The notes beneath the pieces are model-generated. The model worked only from the letters and a program-made list of their open reading frames with translations. It did not search any database and had not been told where the DNA came from. Shown here one piece after another: positions 46,997 through 59,612 of a stretch of DNA of 64,000 nucleotides. This DNA is from Escherichia coli. Lineage in GTDB: Bacteria > Pseudomonadota > Gammaproteobacteria > Enterobacterales > Enterobacteriaceae. The stretch lies in assembly GCF_048403405.1 (NCBI RefSeq), contig NZ_CP183129.1; one strand, given 5' to 3'. The position numbers and the translations under genes are program-made. Every line of letters starts with the position of its first letter. Position 1 is the stretch's first letter.

Positions 46997-48646
46997 TTAC
47001 TGATTTTCCTCAATCAACAACGCTTCAAGCAAATCGAGATCGTGCAGTAATTTTTGCAGCGTTTCGTTGCTGATCTCCCGCGTGGCGCGCAGGTGGTACA
47101 GTTCAGCACGTTCAGAACGCAATGCCGCCAGACGGAAGCGACGCTCAAGGTTCTCTTCCTGCACGGAACTTTCAACGTCGTTACGTCCATCGGCGCGACG
47201 ACGCAGGTTACCAATGACGCGAGAACTGACCTCCGTGAGCAGCTGGTTATCGATATTCTCTTCGGTATCCGCCGCCAGACGCTCCTCCATTTTCTGGATC
47301 GCCACAATCGCCACTTCTGCCGTTGCCGCTCGCGCAATACGTTCCTCTTTCAATTGTTGCGAATGGTCCGCGACTTCAATGTGTTGTAGCAGAATAGGCA
47401 ACATCACCACGCCGACAAACAACGAGAAGAGAATGACACCAGCCGCCAGGAATACCAGCTCATAGCGCGCCGGGAAGACGTTACCATCCGGCAAGAGCAG
47501 CGGGATAGAGAGCACACCAGCCAGAGTGATCGCCCCACGCACCCCGGCGAAAGACGCGATCAGGATTTCTCGTGTGGTCCACGAACCAAACTCCATCGGC
47601 TTCTTCTTCAGGAAGCGGTTGCTGAACTTTTTCATCGTCCACAGCCAGCCGAAACGGACCAGCATCAGCGCCGCATAAATCAGAATGATATCGGTAAACA
47701 GCATCCAGATTTCGACGTTAGGGTCGATTTCTGCCGCCATCAGCGACGTCTCCAGAATACCCGGCAGCTGCAGACCTAACAGCAGGAACACCATACCGTT
47801 AAAGACAAATTCCAGCATCGCCCAGGTGCTGTTTGCGCGCAGGCGCATTGCCAGCGGCGCACGGCGCATCACACCGGAGCGGGTGATGGTCATCCCGGCG
47901 GCAACCGCAGCGAGGATGCCGGAAACGCCAATATGTTCGGCAATCAGATAAGAAGCGAATGGCAGCAAGAACAGTAGAACAATCTGCGTCGCAGGTTCAT
48001 CACCGCCCCAGCGGCTGAGGAATCGCAGCGAGCGACCATACAGCCAGCTCACTACAAAACCGGCGAGAATACCGCCAATGGCCACTTTCATAAATTCGAC
48101 CGTTGCACCGCCGACGGTGAAGATCATCGTCCCCATCGCCACTGCTACGGCAAACTTCAACGACACCAGGCCAGAGGCGTCATTCATCAACGCTTCGCCC
48201 TGCAAAATGCCCATGATTTTTTTCGGGATGCGCCCTTCGCCAACAATCCCGGAGAGCGCCACAGCATCGGTCGGAGAAAGCACCGCCGCCAGCGCAAAGG
48301 CGGGGATCAGCGGAATGCCCGGCACCACCCAGTAAATAAGGAAGCCAATGCCGACCACGGTGACCACCACCAGCGCCAGCGCGAGGCCGAAAATCTCTCG
48401 ACCATGTTCGAGAAATTCACGGGTCGGCGTTTTCCAGCCATCAGCGAACAGCAACGGCGGGATAAACAAGACTAAAAAGAGTTCAGGATCAAACTCCACA
48501 TGCAAACCAAACGTCGGCCACGCCAGTAGCGCACCGATGGCGATTTGCATAAGCGGAAGCGGGATCTGAAAGGGCATGACACGAGTGACCACCCCGGACA
48601 GCGAGACCACGAGGGTCATTATCAGTATGGTGAAGAAGATTTCCAT
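46997..48646 (-). CDS. yjcE: Na+/H+ exchanger (CPA1 family)
   Basis: 549 aa polytopic membrane protein. Confidence 0.85.
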   Translation of the reverse strand: MEIFFTILIMTLVVSLSGVVTRVMPFQIPLPLMQIAIGALLAWPTFGLHVEFDPELFLVLFIPPLLFADGWKTPTREFLEHGREIFGLALALVVVTVVGIGFLIYWVVPGIPLIPAFALAAVLSPTDAVALSGIVGEGRIPKKIMGILQGEALMNDASGLVSLKFAVAVAMGTMIFTVGGATVEFMKVAIGGILAGFVVSWLYGRSLRFLSRWGGDEPATQIVLLFLLPFASYLIAEHIGVSGILAAVAAGMTITRSGVMRRAPLAMRLRANSTWAMLEFVFNGMVFLLLGLQLPGILETSLMAAEIDPNVEIWMLFTDIILIYAALMLVRFGWLWTMKKFSNRFLKKKPMEFGSWTTREILIASFAGVRGAITLAGVLSIPLLLPDGNVFPARYELVFLAAGVILFSLFVGVVMLPILLQHIEVADHSQQLKEERIARAATAEVAIVAIQKMEERLAADTEENIDNQLLTEVSSRVIGNLRRRADGRNDVESSVQEENLERRFRLAALRSERAELYHLRATREISNETLQKLLHDLDLLEALLIEENQ

Positions 48647-48744
48647 GCGTTCCCTGTTTGCGATGTTTTTTATGATCTGAGAAAGACGTTATGCCTGAAT
48701 TCTCATTTTTTCAGAATATCGCAAAAGCTCACACAATGTGCGGA

Positions 48745-48779
48745 GAAAATAAAAACGGGCAGCCATTGCCACCCGTTTT
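48745..48779 (-). terminator. rho-independent terminator of ghxP
   Basis: Stem aaaacggg / cccgtttt; on the minus strand followed by a U-rich run. Confidence 0.6.
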
Positions 48780-48796
48780 CAGAATCATATGAAAGA

Positions 48797-50146
48797 TTAG
48801 ATAGCCCAGCCACCCGCATAGAAGGTCACCAGCGCCACAGCGATAACGACCGTACCGATGTTCAACTTGCGCCATTCGCCGGAAACCAGACGACCAATCA
48901 CCAGAGTCGCGAAGCCGATCATGATGCCTGTTACGATGTTACAGGTCAGCACGATGAATACCGCCGTAACCAGACCCGCCATCGCATCAACAAAATCAGC
49001 AAAGTCGATTTTCGCCACGTTACTCAGCATCAGCAGGCCAACGTACATCAGCGCCGGAGCCGTTGCATACCCCGGAACGAGGTAAGAGAGCGGAGAGAGG
49101 AACAGAATCAGCAGGAACAGCACGCCAACGGTGATAGCCGTCAACCCGGTTTTACCGCCCGCCGCCGTACCCGCCGCAGACTCGATGTATACCGCTGCCG
49201 GAGCTGCACCCACCAGGCCAGAGAAAACGCTGCTCATGGAGTCAGTGGTCAGTGCTTTACCGCCGTCGATGATCTGCCCATCTTTATCCAGCAGGTTCGC
49301 CTGACCGGCGACGGCGCGGATAGTTCCGGTGGCATCAAATACTGCCGTCATCACCAGCGCCAGAACGCTTGGCAGGACTACAGGATTCAGCGCGCCCATA
49401 ATGTCCAGGCTGCCAATCAGTGAATTGCCGTTTTCATCGCTCAATGAAGGCATGGCGAAAACGCCGGAGAAATGGACGTTAGGATCGAAGATCAAACCGA
49501 CAATTGAGATACCGATAATGGTCAGCAGAATGCCACCAGGGACTTTCAGTTTTTCCAGGCCGATGATCACCGCCAGACCTACCAGTGACATAATCACCGG
49601 GAAGGTCGCGAAATCACCCAGCGCAACGGGCAGACCATCAAGCGGGTTTTTAATCACCAGACCGACACCATTAGCGGCAATGAGCAGCAGGAACAGACCG
49701 ATACCGATCCCCGTGCCGTGCGCCACACCGTGCGGCAAGTTGCGCAAAATCCAGCTACGGATACCCGTGGCAGAAATTACCGTAAACAGTACACCCATCA
49801 GGAACACGGCACCCAGCGCGACAGGTACGCTAATATGTTGCCCCAGCACCAGACTGAATGCGGTAAACGCCGTCAGGGAGATGGCGCAACCAATCGCCAA
49901 CGGCAGATTAGCCCACAGACCCATCACGATAGAACCGAGTCCGGCAACCAGACAGGTCGCAACGAAAACTGCCGCAGGCGGGAAGCCTGCTTTACCCAAC
50001 ATGCCTGGAACGACGATAACCGAGTAGACCATCGCCAGAAATGTTGTTAACCCGGCAACCACTTCCTGACGGACAGTGCTTCCACGTTGTGAAATTTTAA
50101 ACCAGGCGTCGAGTGAACCGCCGGTACGCGCTGATGGCGTAGACAT
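48797..50146 (-). CDS. ghxP: guanine/hypoxanthine permease (NCS2 family)
   Basis: 449 aa; recognised as K-12 yjcD/ghxP. Confidence 0.88.
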
Positions 50147-50260
50147 AAGAAAACATCCCCTGAGAGTTTAATTTTCGTCAAGATGCGTGGCGGACAATCC
50201 CCTGCCAGCGAAACGTTATCTTCCTGCTCCAGGTTTGCGACAAATTGGTGCGTCGCAAAA

Positions 50261-50275
50261 AAGCAAACGTTTAGC
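50261..50275. promoter_or_regulatory. PurR-box-like operator upstream of ghxP
   Basis: AGCAAACGTTTAGCT resembles the PurR consensus ACGCAAACGTTTGCGT; two weaker copies at 50303-50317 and 50401-50417. Confidence 0.5.
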
Positions 50276-50562
50276 TCCGCGCATACAAAACGGGTGGTAA
50301 AAAAAGCAAACGATTATCCGGCGATCATAGCGGCTTTTTCAACCGAAGTTTGCTGCTTTTTTCTCTTTTATTGTCTTGACGATGAAAAACCAGGCAATTG
50401 ATGCGCAAACGTTATCGTCGATGCGCAAGATTGCAGCGTTATCGAGCCGCATACCGTTCAGGATTGCGATAAAAAATCGTCTGAGATGACAAAAATATTG
50501 CGGCTAAAAAGTGTACTTTTACACTGGCGAAGAAACGCCGGTGACATACAATTAAAGCATCA

Positions 50563-50702
50563 ACACCAACCGGAACCTCCACCACGTGCTCGAATGAGGT
50601 GTGTTGACGTCGGGGGAAACCCTCCTGTGTACCAGCGGGATAGAGAGAAAGACAAAGACCGGAAAACAAACTAAAGCGCCCTTGTGGCGCTTTAGTTTTG
50701 TT
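50563..50702 (+). ncRNA. ryjA: candidate small RNA convergent with and overlapping the soxR 3' end (position of K-12 ryjA)
   Basis: Plus-strand intrinsic terminator (stem aaagcgcc / ggcgcttt 50673-50693, then uuuaguuuuguu) with no plus-strand CDS upstream; 5' end is a guess from the ~140 nt length I recall for RyjA. Confidence 0.4.
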
Positions 50703-51156
50703 CATCTTCCAGCAAGCGTGCGCCGGTACCTTCTTCTCCTAAGCGGTCGCCCGGGTTACGCAATGGGCAATCACTGCGCGAAAGGCAGCCACAACCAATA
50801 CATCCGTCCAGCTCGTCACGCAGCGCCACTAAGGTATGAATGCGCCGATCCAACTCTTCTCGCCATTGGGACGAAAGCTGTTTCCACTCTTTCGCACTTA
50901 ATGTATGCCCTTCGGGCAACACGCCAAATGCTTCACGAATGGTCGCCAGCGGAATGCCAATACGCTGAGCAATTTTGATGATTGCGACATATCGCAACAC
51001 ATCACGTTTATATCGCCGCTGATTGCCACTATTACGGATACTGCTAATCAACCCTTTGCTTTCATAGAAATGCAGCGCCGATACCGCCACACCGCTGCGT
51101 TTTGCCACTTCGCCGGGGGTTAGCAGCGCTTTAATGCGGGGTAATTTCTTTTCCAT
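50692..51156 (-). CDS. soxR: redox-sensing MerR-family regulator with 2Fe-2S cluster
   Basis: 154 aa; C-terminal [12 protein letters not shown] cluster motif. Confidence 0.95.
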   Translation of the reverse strand: MEKKLPRIKALLTPGEVAKRSGVAVSALHFYESKGLISSIRNSGNQRRYKRDVLRYVAIIKIAQRIGIPLATIREAFGVLPEGHTLSAKEWKQLSSQWREELDRRIHTLVALRDELDGCIGCGCLSRSDCPLRNPGDRLGEEGTGARLLEDEQN

Positions 51157-51167
51157 AAATCGCTTTA

Positions 51168-51185
51168 CCTCAAGTTAACTTGAGG
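51168..51185. promoter_or_regulatory. SoxR operator within the soxS promoter
   Basis: Perfect palindrome CCTCAAGTTAACTTGAGG in the soxR-soxS divergent spacer. Confidence 0.85.
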
Positions 51186-51241
51186 AATTATACTCCCCAA
51201 CAGATGAATTAACGAACTGAACACTGAAAAGAGGCAGATTT

Positions 51242-51565
51242 ATGTCCCATCAGAAAATTATTCAGGATCTTATCGCATGGATTGACGAGCATATTGACCA
51301 GCCGCTTAACATTGATGTCGTCGCAAAAAAATCAGGCTATTCAAAGTGGTACTTACAGCGGATGTTCCGCACGGTGACGCATCAGACACTTGGTGATTAC
51401 ATTCGCCAACGCCGCCTGTTACTGGCCGCCGTTGAGTTGCGCACCACCGAGCGTCCGATTTTTGATATCGCAATGGACCTGGGTTATGTCTCGCAGCAGA
51501 CCTTCTCCCGCGTTTTCCGTCGGCAGTTTGATCGCACTCCCAGCGATTATCGCCACCGCCTGTAG
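51242..51565 (+). CDS. soxS: AraC/XylS-family superoxide response activator
   Basis: 107 aa; recognised SoxS sequence. Confidence 0.95.
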   Translation: MSHQKIIQDLIAWIDEHIDQPLNIDVVAKKSGYSKWYLQRMFRTVTHQTLGDYIRQRRLLLAAVELRTTERPIFDIAMDLGYVSQQTFSRVFRRQFDRTPSDYRHRL

Positions 51566-51567
51566 TT

Positions 51568-53154
51568 TTATTGCCCGCGCGTTAACTCCCGCGCGGGTAA
51601 TTGCTCCATCCATTGCATAAACACCTGCGGCGGCATCGCCTTCGCAAAGAACCATCCCTGGCAATAGCGCACGCCGCGTTTGCGCAGCCAGTTAACCTGC
51701 TCCTCAGTTTCGACGCCTTCAGCGATCGTTTTTAACCCCAGACTGTGCGCCAGCTCGATGATGTGTTCCGCAATCAAATGACTGGTTTTATGGGTGGTCA
51801 GCGTCTCAACAAACGATTTATCGATTTTCAAAATATCGACATTCAATGATTTAAGGTTATGCAAGTTAGAGTAGCCAATACCAAAATCATCAATTGCCAC
51901 TTCGTAACCAGCCTGGCGGAAAGCCAGAATAATTGGTGTCATTTTGTCGACATCAAGAAATGCATGTTCAGTCACTTCAAATTTAATTTGCTGTGGACGC
52001 ACCGCGTATTGCTCTGTTTTCTGATTGGTTCGCGCTATCAACCGTGACGTATGAAAATCGGAGGCCGACAGGTTAATAGAAACATAGCGATCGGCATGTG
52101 TTGCCAGGTACGCGCCCAGATCGCGGAAGACATTATCAATAACATAATCAGTTACCTGTCCGATCATCCCCTCCTTTTCTGCCAGCGGAATAAACTCTGC
52201 CGGATTCATTACTTGCCCCTGCTCACCAGGCCAACGTAACAATGCTTCAGCGCCGATACATTTTTCTGTTTTGATATCGATTATTGGCTGGTAATAAAGG
52301 CAAAGTTGATGTTTTTCGAGGGCGCGTTGCAATTTGCGTTTGGGAGACAAATAGTTTTGCCGAATACGTAGCCAGAGTAATAACAGAACAAGACTCCCCA
52401 AAATACCGGCGGGTAACGCAAAAATAAGATGATTATAAAAATGCGCTATAAGACGTTGATATGAAGTCGCAACAATGGCTGCAATTGGGCGTTTTGTCGA
52501 ATAAACTGTCGCATATAAATAGCCATTTCTTTGTACGGTTAAATCATTCAAATGAATCAGTGGAGAAAACGTTGCTGCCGAGGCCTCGTTGCTTAACGAG
52601 AAAAAGGTTTTCGTTACCGTATCATACACACCCCATTGCAATGTCGGATCATCAGACATCACTTCACTCCAGAAGAGAGGGTTGATGACCACCACATAAT
52701 TTCCCCGCTGCATATAGGTCATTTTATAGCCAGAGAAAAAAGGCGTATCGCGGTAATAATAGATAGAAACGTTAGGTTCACGCTTATAATCGGCCGGTGC
52801 AATCGTATAGCCGTTTACAGGCGCTATCAGCGATGAGCATAAAAAATGGTTATCACGGGCATAGATCAATTCATTAATATAAAGATAGCCACGAATAATA
52901 TTCAACATTCGCTTTTGATGGGTTGGAGTGCAAACTTGCCCCTGATAGCGTTCAGCAGCATCGCTCACTAAATCTGCCTGGCGAATGACCAGCTCGGATT
53001 TATCCAGCGCCAGCTGAGCAAAAGTTTGGAGCTGACTATTCACTTCTGATTTTGCCCAAAGGAAGGCAATCCATAGCGACAGAATGATGGGAAAGAGAAC
53101 TAAAAAGATAATGCCCGGCAACGCCAGTAATTGGTGTCGTGCACGATGACTCAT
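51568..53154 (-). CDS. pdeC: c-di-GMP phosphodiesterase (CSS-motif sensor with EAL domain)
   Basis: ORF trimmed to ATG 53154 ([12 protein letters not shown]...), 528 aa; EAL-domain motifs. Confidence 0.85.
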
Positions 53155-53583
53155 TGCTATCAATTTCCTGCCTGTTTATACCCGGTCATTGCAAGGCGAG
53201 AACCCTGGTTATCGACGTCTTTAGATAAATCTTACGGTATAAATAGCACTTTTGCCTGATTTGAAATTGATACCTTTTTAATCGTCACCTGAATAAAAAT
53301 AATTCATTGATATTCAAAACTAATTTCCTACAGGAATGCAGAGGCGGTGGGAAGATATACCCTTAATGCCGCTGAAAAAACACATAATCTGTACGGCAAT
53401 AAAAATCACGGCCTAATCTGGCTAACAAACAATCAATTGTGATATAGTTCACAAAATTAATGAAACAAACAGAGTGTTTCATTTTTGTGTCCTGCAAGCC
53501 CCGCGATAGCCAGAGTGTACCACGCCTCCCGTGAACAACGCCGCGCTGTCCGAGGCATCGGCTCTTTTCAGAGGAATTGTTTG

Positions 53584-53865
53584 ATGGCTACCCTCACCAC
53601 TGGCGTGGTTCTTCTTCGCTGGCAACTTCTTAGTGCCGTAATGATGTTTCTGGCCAGCACACTCAACATCCGTTTTCGTCGGTCTGATTATGTCGGGCTT
53701 GCAGTGATCAGCAGCGGTCTGGGCGTGGTTTCTGCCTGCTGGTTCGCAATGGGGTTGCTTGGCATCACAATGGCGGATATCACCGCCATCTGGCACAACA
53801 TCGAGTCGGTGATGATAGAAGAGATGAATCAGACACCGCCACAATGGCCAATGATTTTGACTTGA
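53584..53865 (+). CDS. yjcB: small inner membrane protein
   Basis: ORF-track GTG start 53485 trimmed to ATG 53584 (GAGG Shine-Dalgarno upstream), 93 aa; two TM helices. Confidence 0.7.
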   Translation: MATLTTGVVLLRWQLLSAVMMFLASTLNIRFRRSDYVGLAVISSGLGVVSACWFAMGLLGITMADITAIWHNIESVMIEEMNQTPPQWPMILT

Positions 53866-53871
53866 TATGTA

Positions 53872-53900
53872 GAAGCCTCCAAAACGGAGGCTTCTTTTTT
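53872..53900. terminator. bidirectional rho-independent terminator between yjcB and ssb
   Basis: 9-bp stem gaagcctcc / ggaggcttc, loop aaaac, then a run of 6 T. Confidence 0.75.
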
Positions 53901-53963
53901 ACGGCTGGCAGATGTTTTAATCATCCACCTTAAAACAATATAACCTATTGTTTTAATGAAAAA

Positions 53964-54500
53964 TCAGAACGGAATATCGTCATCAAAGTCCATCGGCGGC
54001 TCATTAGACGGTGCTGCCGGAGCAGACTGCTGCGGGCGAGACTGCGCGCCGCCGCTGAACTGATTGCCGCCCTGCGGCTGCTGAGGCTGACCCCAACCGC
54101 CCTGCGGCTGACCACCACCGATATTGCCACCTGCAGGAGCGCCACCACCCTGACGACCACCCAACATCTGCATGGTGCCGCCAACGTTCACCACGACTTC
54201 TGTGGTGTAGCGATCCTGACCGGATTGATCGGTCCATTTGCGGGTACGCAGCTGACCTTCGATATAAACCTGAGAACCTTTACGCAGATATTCGCTGGCC
54301 ACTTCTGCCAGTTTGCCGAACAGCACAACGCGGTGCCATTCAGTCTGCTCTTTCATCTCGCCGGTCGCTTTATCACGCCAGGATTCGGAAGTAGCCAGCG
54401 TAATGTTGGCAACTGCGCCACCATTTGGCATGTAGCGTACTTCCGGGTCCTGACCCAGATTACCAACGAGAATAACCTTGTTTACGCCTCTGCTGGCCAT
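53964..54500 (-). CDS. ssb: single-stranded DNA-binding protein
   Basis: 178 aa; OB fold, Gly/Gln-rich tail, C-terminal DDDIPF. Confidence 0.97.
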   Translation of the reverse strand: MASRGVNKVILVGNLGQDPEVRYMPNGGAVANITLATSESWRDKATGEMKEQTEWHRVVLFGKLAEVASEYLRKGSQVYIEGQLRTRKWTDQSGQDRYTTEVVVNVGGTMQMLGGRQGGGAPAGGNIGGGQPQGGWGQPQQPQGGNQFSGGAQSRPQQSAPAAPSNEPPMDFDDDIPF

Positions 54501-54653
54501 GTTCGTGTCTCCTGAAAAAAAATCGTTCTGAATAAGTGTAAACGCGCGATTGTACCATTACCAATAGCGCTTTTACTATGTTGTGACCTCGGTTCCGGGA
54601 AACAAACCTGGCCAGACATTGTTACACAACACTCCGGGTAATGCATTCCAATA

Positions 54654-54669
54654 CTGTATATTCATTCAG
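54654..54669. promoter_or_regulatory. LexA box (SOS operator) shared by divergent ssb and uvrA promoters
   Basis: CTGTATATTCATTCAG matches CTG-N10-CAG. Confidence 0.85.
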
Positions 54670-54754
54670 GTTAATTTGTGTCATAATTAACCGTTTGTGA
54701 TCGCCGGTAGCACCATGCCACCGGGCAAAAAAGCGTTTAATCCGGGAAAGGTGA

Positions 54755-57577
54755 ATGGATAAGATCGAAGTTCGGGGCGCCCGCACCCATAATCTCAAAA
54801 ACATCAACCTCGTTATCCCCCGCGACAAGCTCATTGTCGTGACCGGGCTTTCGGGTTCTGGCAAATCCTCGCTCGCTTTCGACACCTTATATGCCGAAGG
54901 GCAGCGCCGTTACGTTGAATCCCTTTCCGCCTACGCGCGGCAGTTTCTGTCACTGATGGAAAAGCCGGACGTCGACCATATTGAGGGGCTTTCTCCTGCC
55001 ATCTCAATTGAGCAGAAATCGACGTCTCATAACCCGCGTTCTACGGTGGGGACAATCACCGAAATCCACGACTATTTGCGTTTGTTGTTCGCCCGCGTTG
55101 GCGAGCCGCGCTGTCCGGACCACGACGTCCCGCTGGCGGCGCAAACCGTCAGCCAGATGGTGGATAACGTGCTGTCGCAGCCGGAAGGCAAGCGTCTGAT
55201 GCTACTCGCGCCAATCATTAAAGAGCGCAAAGGCGAACACACCAAAACGCTGGAAAATCTGGCAAGCCAGGGTTACATCCGTGCTCGTATTGATGGCGAA
55301 GTCTGCGATCTTTCCGATCCGCCGAAACTGGAACTGCAAAAGAAACATACCATTGAAGTGGTGGTTGATCGCTTCAAGGTGCGTGATGATCTTTCCCAAC
55401 GTCTTGCCGAGTCGTTTGAAACTGCGCTGGAGCTTTCCGGTGGTACCGCGGTAGTTGCGGATATGGACGACCCGAAAGCGGAAGAGCTGCTGTTCTCCGC
55501 TAATTTCGCCTGCCCAATTTGCGGCTACAGTATGCGCGAGCTGGAGCCGCGACTGTTTTCGTTTAACAACCCGGCAGGGGCCTGCCCGACCTGTGACGGC
55601 CTTGGCGTGCAGCAATATTTCGATCCTGACCGCGTGATCCAGAATCCGGAACTGTCGCTGGCTGGCGGTGCGATCCGAGGCTGGGATCGCCGCAACTTCT
55701 ATTACTTCCAGATGCTGAAATCGCTGGCAGATCACTATAAGTTCGACGTCGAAGCGCCGTGGGGCAGCCTGAGCGCGAACGTGCATAAAGTGGTGTTGTA
55801 CGGTTCTGGCAAAGAAAACATTGAATTCAAATACATGAACGATCGTGGCGATACCTCCATTCGTCGTCATCCGTTCGAAGGCGTGCTGCACAATATGGAG
55901 CGCCGTTATAAAGAGACGGAATCCAGTGCGGTACGCGAAGAATTAGCCAAGTTTATCAGCAATCGCCCGTGCGCCAGCTGCGAAGGGACGCGTCTGCGTC
56001 GGGAAGCGCGCCATGTGTATGTCGAGAATACGCCGCTGCCTGCTATCTCCGACATGAGCATCGGTCATGCGATGGAATTCTTCAACAATCTCAAACTCGC
56101 AGGTCAGCGAGCTAAGATTGCGGAAAAAATTCTTAAAGAGATTGGCGATCGCCTGAAATTCCTCGTTAACGTAGGCCTGAATTACCTGACACTTTCCCGC
56201 TCGGCAGAGACACTTTCTGGCGGTGAAGCCCAGCGTATCCGTCTGGCGAGCCAGATTGGTGCGGGCCTGGTTGGCGTTATGTACGTGCTGGACGAGCCGT
56301 CTATCGGCCTGCACCAGCGCGATAACGAGCGCCTGTTGGGTACGCTTATCCATCTGCGCGATCTCGGTAATACCGTGATTGTGGTGGAGCACGACGAAGA
56401 CGCGATTCGCGCCGCTGACCATGTGATCGACATTGGCCCGGGCGCAGGTGTACACGGCGGTGAAGTGGTCGCAGAAGGTCCACTGGAAGCGATTATGGCA
56501 GTGCCTGAGTCGTTGACCGGGCAGTACATGAGCGGTAAACGCAAGATTGAAGTGCCGAAGAAACGCGTTCCGGCGAATCCGGAAAAAGTGCTGAAGCTGA
56601 CAGGCGCACACGGTAATAACCTGAAAGACGTGACGCTGACGCTGCCAGTCGGTCTGTTTACCTGCATCACAGGGGTTTCAGGTTCCGGTAAATCGACACT
56701 GATTAACGACACACTGTTCCCGATTGCCCAACGCCAGTTGAATGGGGCGACCATCGCCGAACCGGCACCGTATCGCGATATTCAGGGGCTGGAGCATTTC
56801 GATAAAGTGATCGATATCGACCAAAGCCCAATTGGTCGTACTCCGCGTTCTAACCCGGCGACCTATACCGGCGTGTTTACGCCTGTGCGCGAACTGTTTG
56901 CGGGCGTACCGGAATCCCGTGCGCGCGGTTATACGCCAGGACGTTTCAGCTTTAACGTCCGTGGCGGACGCTGCGAAGCCTGTCAGGGCGACGGCGTGAT
57001 CAAAGTGGAGATGCACTTCCTGCCGGATATCTACGTGCCGTGCGACCAGTGCAAAGGTAAACGCTATAACCGTGAAACGCTGGAGATTAAGTACAAAGGC
57101 AAAACCATCCACGAAGTGCTGGATATGACCATCGAAGAGGCGCGTGAGTTCTTTGATGCGGTGCCAGCTCTGGCGCGTAAGCTGCAAACGTTGATGGACG
57201 TTGGCCTGACGTACATTCGCCTCGGGCAGTCCGCAACCACCCTTTCTGGTGGTGAAGCCCAGCGCGTGAAGCTGGCGCGTGAGCTGTCAAAACGCGGCAC
57301 CGGGCAGACACTGTATATTCTTGATGAGCCGACCACCGGTCTGCACTTCGCCGATATTCAGCAACTGCTCGACGTACTGCATAAACTGCGCGATCAGGGC
57401 AATACCATTGTGGTGATTGAACACAATCTCGACGTGATCAAAACCGCTGACTGGATTGTCGACCTGGGACCGGAAGGCGGCAGTGGTGGCGGCGAGATCC
57501 TCGTCTCCGGTACGCCAGAAACCGTCGCGGAGTGCGAAGCTTCGCATACGGCACGCTTCCTCAAGCCGATGCTGTAA
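54755..57577 (+). CDS. uvrA: excinuclease ABC subunit A
   Basis: 940 aa; two ABC ATPase modules (GLSGSGKSS and GVSGSGKST) and zinc-finger Cys clusters. Confidence 0.97.
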   Translation: MDKIEVRGARTHNLKNINLVIPRDKLIVVTGLSGSGKSSLAFDTLYAEGQRRYVESLSAYARQFLSLMEKPDVDHIEGLSPAISIEQKSTSHNPRSTVGTITEIHDYLRLLFARVGEPRCPDHDVPLAAQTVSQMVDNVLSQPEGKRLMLLAPIIKERKGEHTKTLENLASQGYIRARIDGEVCDLSDPPKLELQKKHTIEVVVDRFKVRDDLSQRLAESFETALELSGGTAVVADMDDPKAEELLFSANFACPICGYSMRELEPRLFSFNNPAGACPTCDGLGVQQYFDPDRVIQNPELSLAGGAIRGWDRRNFYYFQMLKSLADHYKFDVEAPWGSLSANVHKVVLYGSGKENIEFKYMNDRGDTSIRRHPFEGVLHNMERRYKETESSAVREELAKFISNRPCASCEGTRLRREARHVYVENTPLPAISDMSIGHAMEFFNNLKLAGQRAKIAEKILKEIGDRLKFLVNVGLNYLTLSRSAETLSGGEAQRIRLASQIGAGLVGVMYVLDEPSIGLHQRDNERLLGTLIHLRDLGNTVIVVEHDEDAIRAADHVIDIGPGAGVHGGEVVAEGPLEAIMAVPESLTGQYMSGKRKIEVPKKRVPANPEKVLKLTGAHGNNLKDVTLTLPVGLFTCITGVSGSGKSTLINDTLFPIAQRQLNGATIAEPAPYRDIQGLEHFDKVIDIDQSPIGRTPRSNPATYTGVFTPVRELFAGVPESRARGYTPGRFSFNVRGGRCEACQGDGVIKVEMHFLPDIYVPCDQCKGKRYNRETLEIKYKGKTIHEVLDMTIEEAREFFDAVPALARKLQTLMDVGLTYIRLGQSATTLSGGEAQRVKLARELSKRGTGQTLYILDEPTTGLHFADIQQLLDVLHKLRDQGNTIVVIEHNLDVIKTADWIVDLGPEGGSGGGEILVSGTPETVAECEASHTARFLKPML

Positions 57578-57582
57578 TCGTT

Positions 57583-57610
57583 AAGGCCGCTTTCTGAGCG
57601 GCCTTTTCCT
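57583..57610. terminator. bidirectional terminator between uvrA and yjbR
   Basis: 8-bp stem aaggccgc / gcggcctt, loop tttctga, then T-rich run. Confidence 0.7.
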
Positions 57611-57611
57611 T

Positions 57612-57968
57612 TCAGAGTTGCACCAGCAATTTACGTTTTTCTTCCGGCAGCAAATTCACCGCCTGCTGATAAGACGCATCCACCAGATAATAGATTTGCG
57701 AATCCGGTAGCGATCCGTCGAGATACACGGTGCTCCAGTGCGCTTTATTCAGATGGCGGCTTGGACGCACATCGCTGTGCTGCTGACGTAGCAGCTCCGC
57801 CAGCTCCGGGCTGGTTTTCAGCGAAACCGCCGGGCGATTTTCTACTTCTTTCACCATCGCAAACAGTACATCTTCCACTTTGATCTGCGTCGCTTTCCAG
57901 TCGTTATGCACGCTCTGTTCTGCGCCTGGTTTTGCCATGCAATATTGTAGCAACTCCGAAATGGTCAT
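57612..57968 (-). CDS. yjbR: MmcQ/YjbR-family protein
   Basis: 118 aa; position after uvrA as in K-12. Confidence 0.8.
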   Translation of the reverse strand: MTISELLQYCMAKPGAEQSVHNDWKATQIKVEDVLFAMVKEVENRPAVSLKTSPELAELLRQQHSDVRPSRHLNKAHWSTVYLDGSLPDSQIYYLVDASYQQAVNLLPEEKRKLLVQL

Positions 57969-57971
57969 TTT

Positions 57972-58388
57972 TTACTCCCCTTGTAGTGTCGCGATAATGC
58001 GACGCGATCCGCCGTGGATGCGATGTTCCCCCAGCCAGATGCCTTGCCAGGTGCCGGTCTGAATACGCCCTTTATGCACCGGCAATACAAGCGATGTTCC
58101 CAGCATTGAGGATTTGATATGAGAAGGCATATCGTCTGCTCCCTCATAGTCATGCTCATAATTTCCGTTGTCGGGAACGGTGCGGAGGAAAAAACGCTCC
58201 ATGTCGTGGCGTACGGTGGGATCGCAGTTCTCATTAAGTGTCAGAGAGGCGGAGGTATGTTGCAGCAACAGATGCAGTAAACCGATGTTAACGCGCGGCA
58301 TATCAGCCAGCTGATTCAGAATTTCATCCGTTACCAGATGAAACCCACGAGATTTGGCGCTAAGCGTGAGCGTCTTTTGATACCACAT
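57972..58388 (-). CDS. yjbQ: YjbQ/UPF0047-family protein
   Basis: 138 aa; position as in K-12. Confidence 0.8.
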
Positions 58389-58455
58389 GTGCTGCTCCTT
58401 GATAAAACTCTCTTAATCAGTTTGCAGCAAGACAGAGAAAGGATAAAGGTGTGAT

Positions 58456-58493
58456 TAAAAAAACAGCATTCGGGAGAGTGTCACGCTCTCCCG
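58456..58493 (-). terminator. rho-independent terminator of aphA
   Basis: 8-bp stem cgggagag / ctctcccg 5 nt after the aphA stop; minus-strand run of 7 U follows. Confidence 0.7.
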
Positions 58494-58498
58494 CTCTG

Positions 58499-59401
<903 letters not shown>

Positions 59402-59612
59402 TCAATGAAGGATACATTAATTTTACGTTTATTATGATGAATCCTCTGCAAATGAGCGAAATTTGATAGAACATTTATCTGCTGTACGATTTAATGAACT
59501 TAATGATACAGCATTACAAAAACAATCGAAGTTTATAAAGATGATTTCTGATTGACCAGAACCCTACCCTACAATGGTGACTAATTTTATTACTCTCGAA
59601 GGAGATGATGAT

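Noticed and set aside
53460-53534. 24-codon ORF starting at the ATG inside the 53460 palindrome (MKQTECFIFVSCKPRDSQSVPRLP)
   Set aside because: No Shine-Dalgarno, start codon buried in a hairpin arm; more likely a structural or regulatory palindrome than a peptide gene
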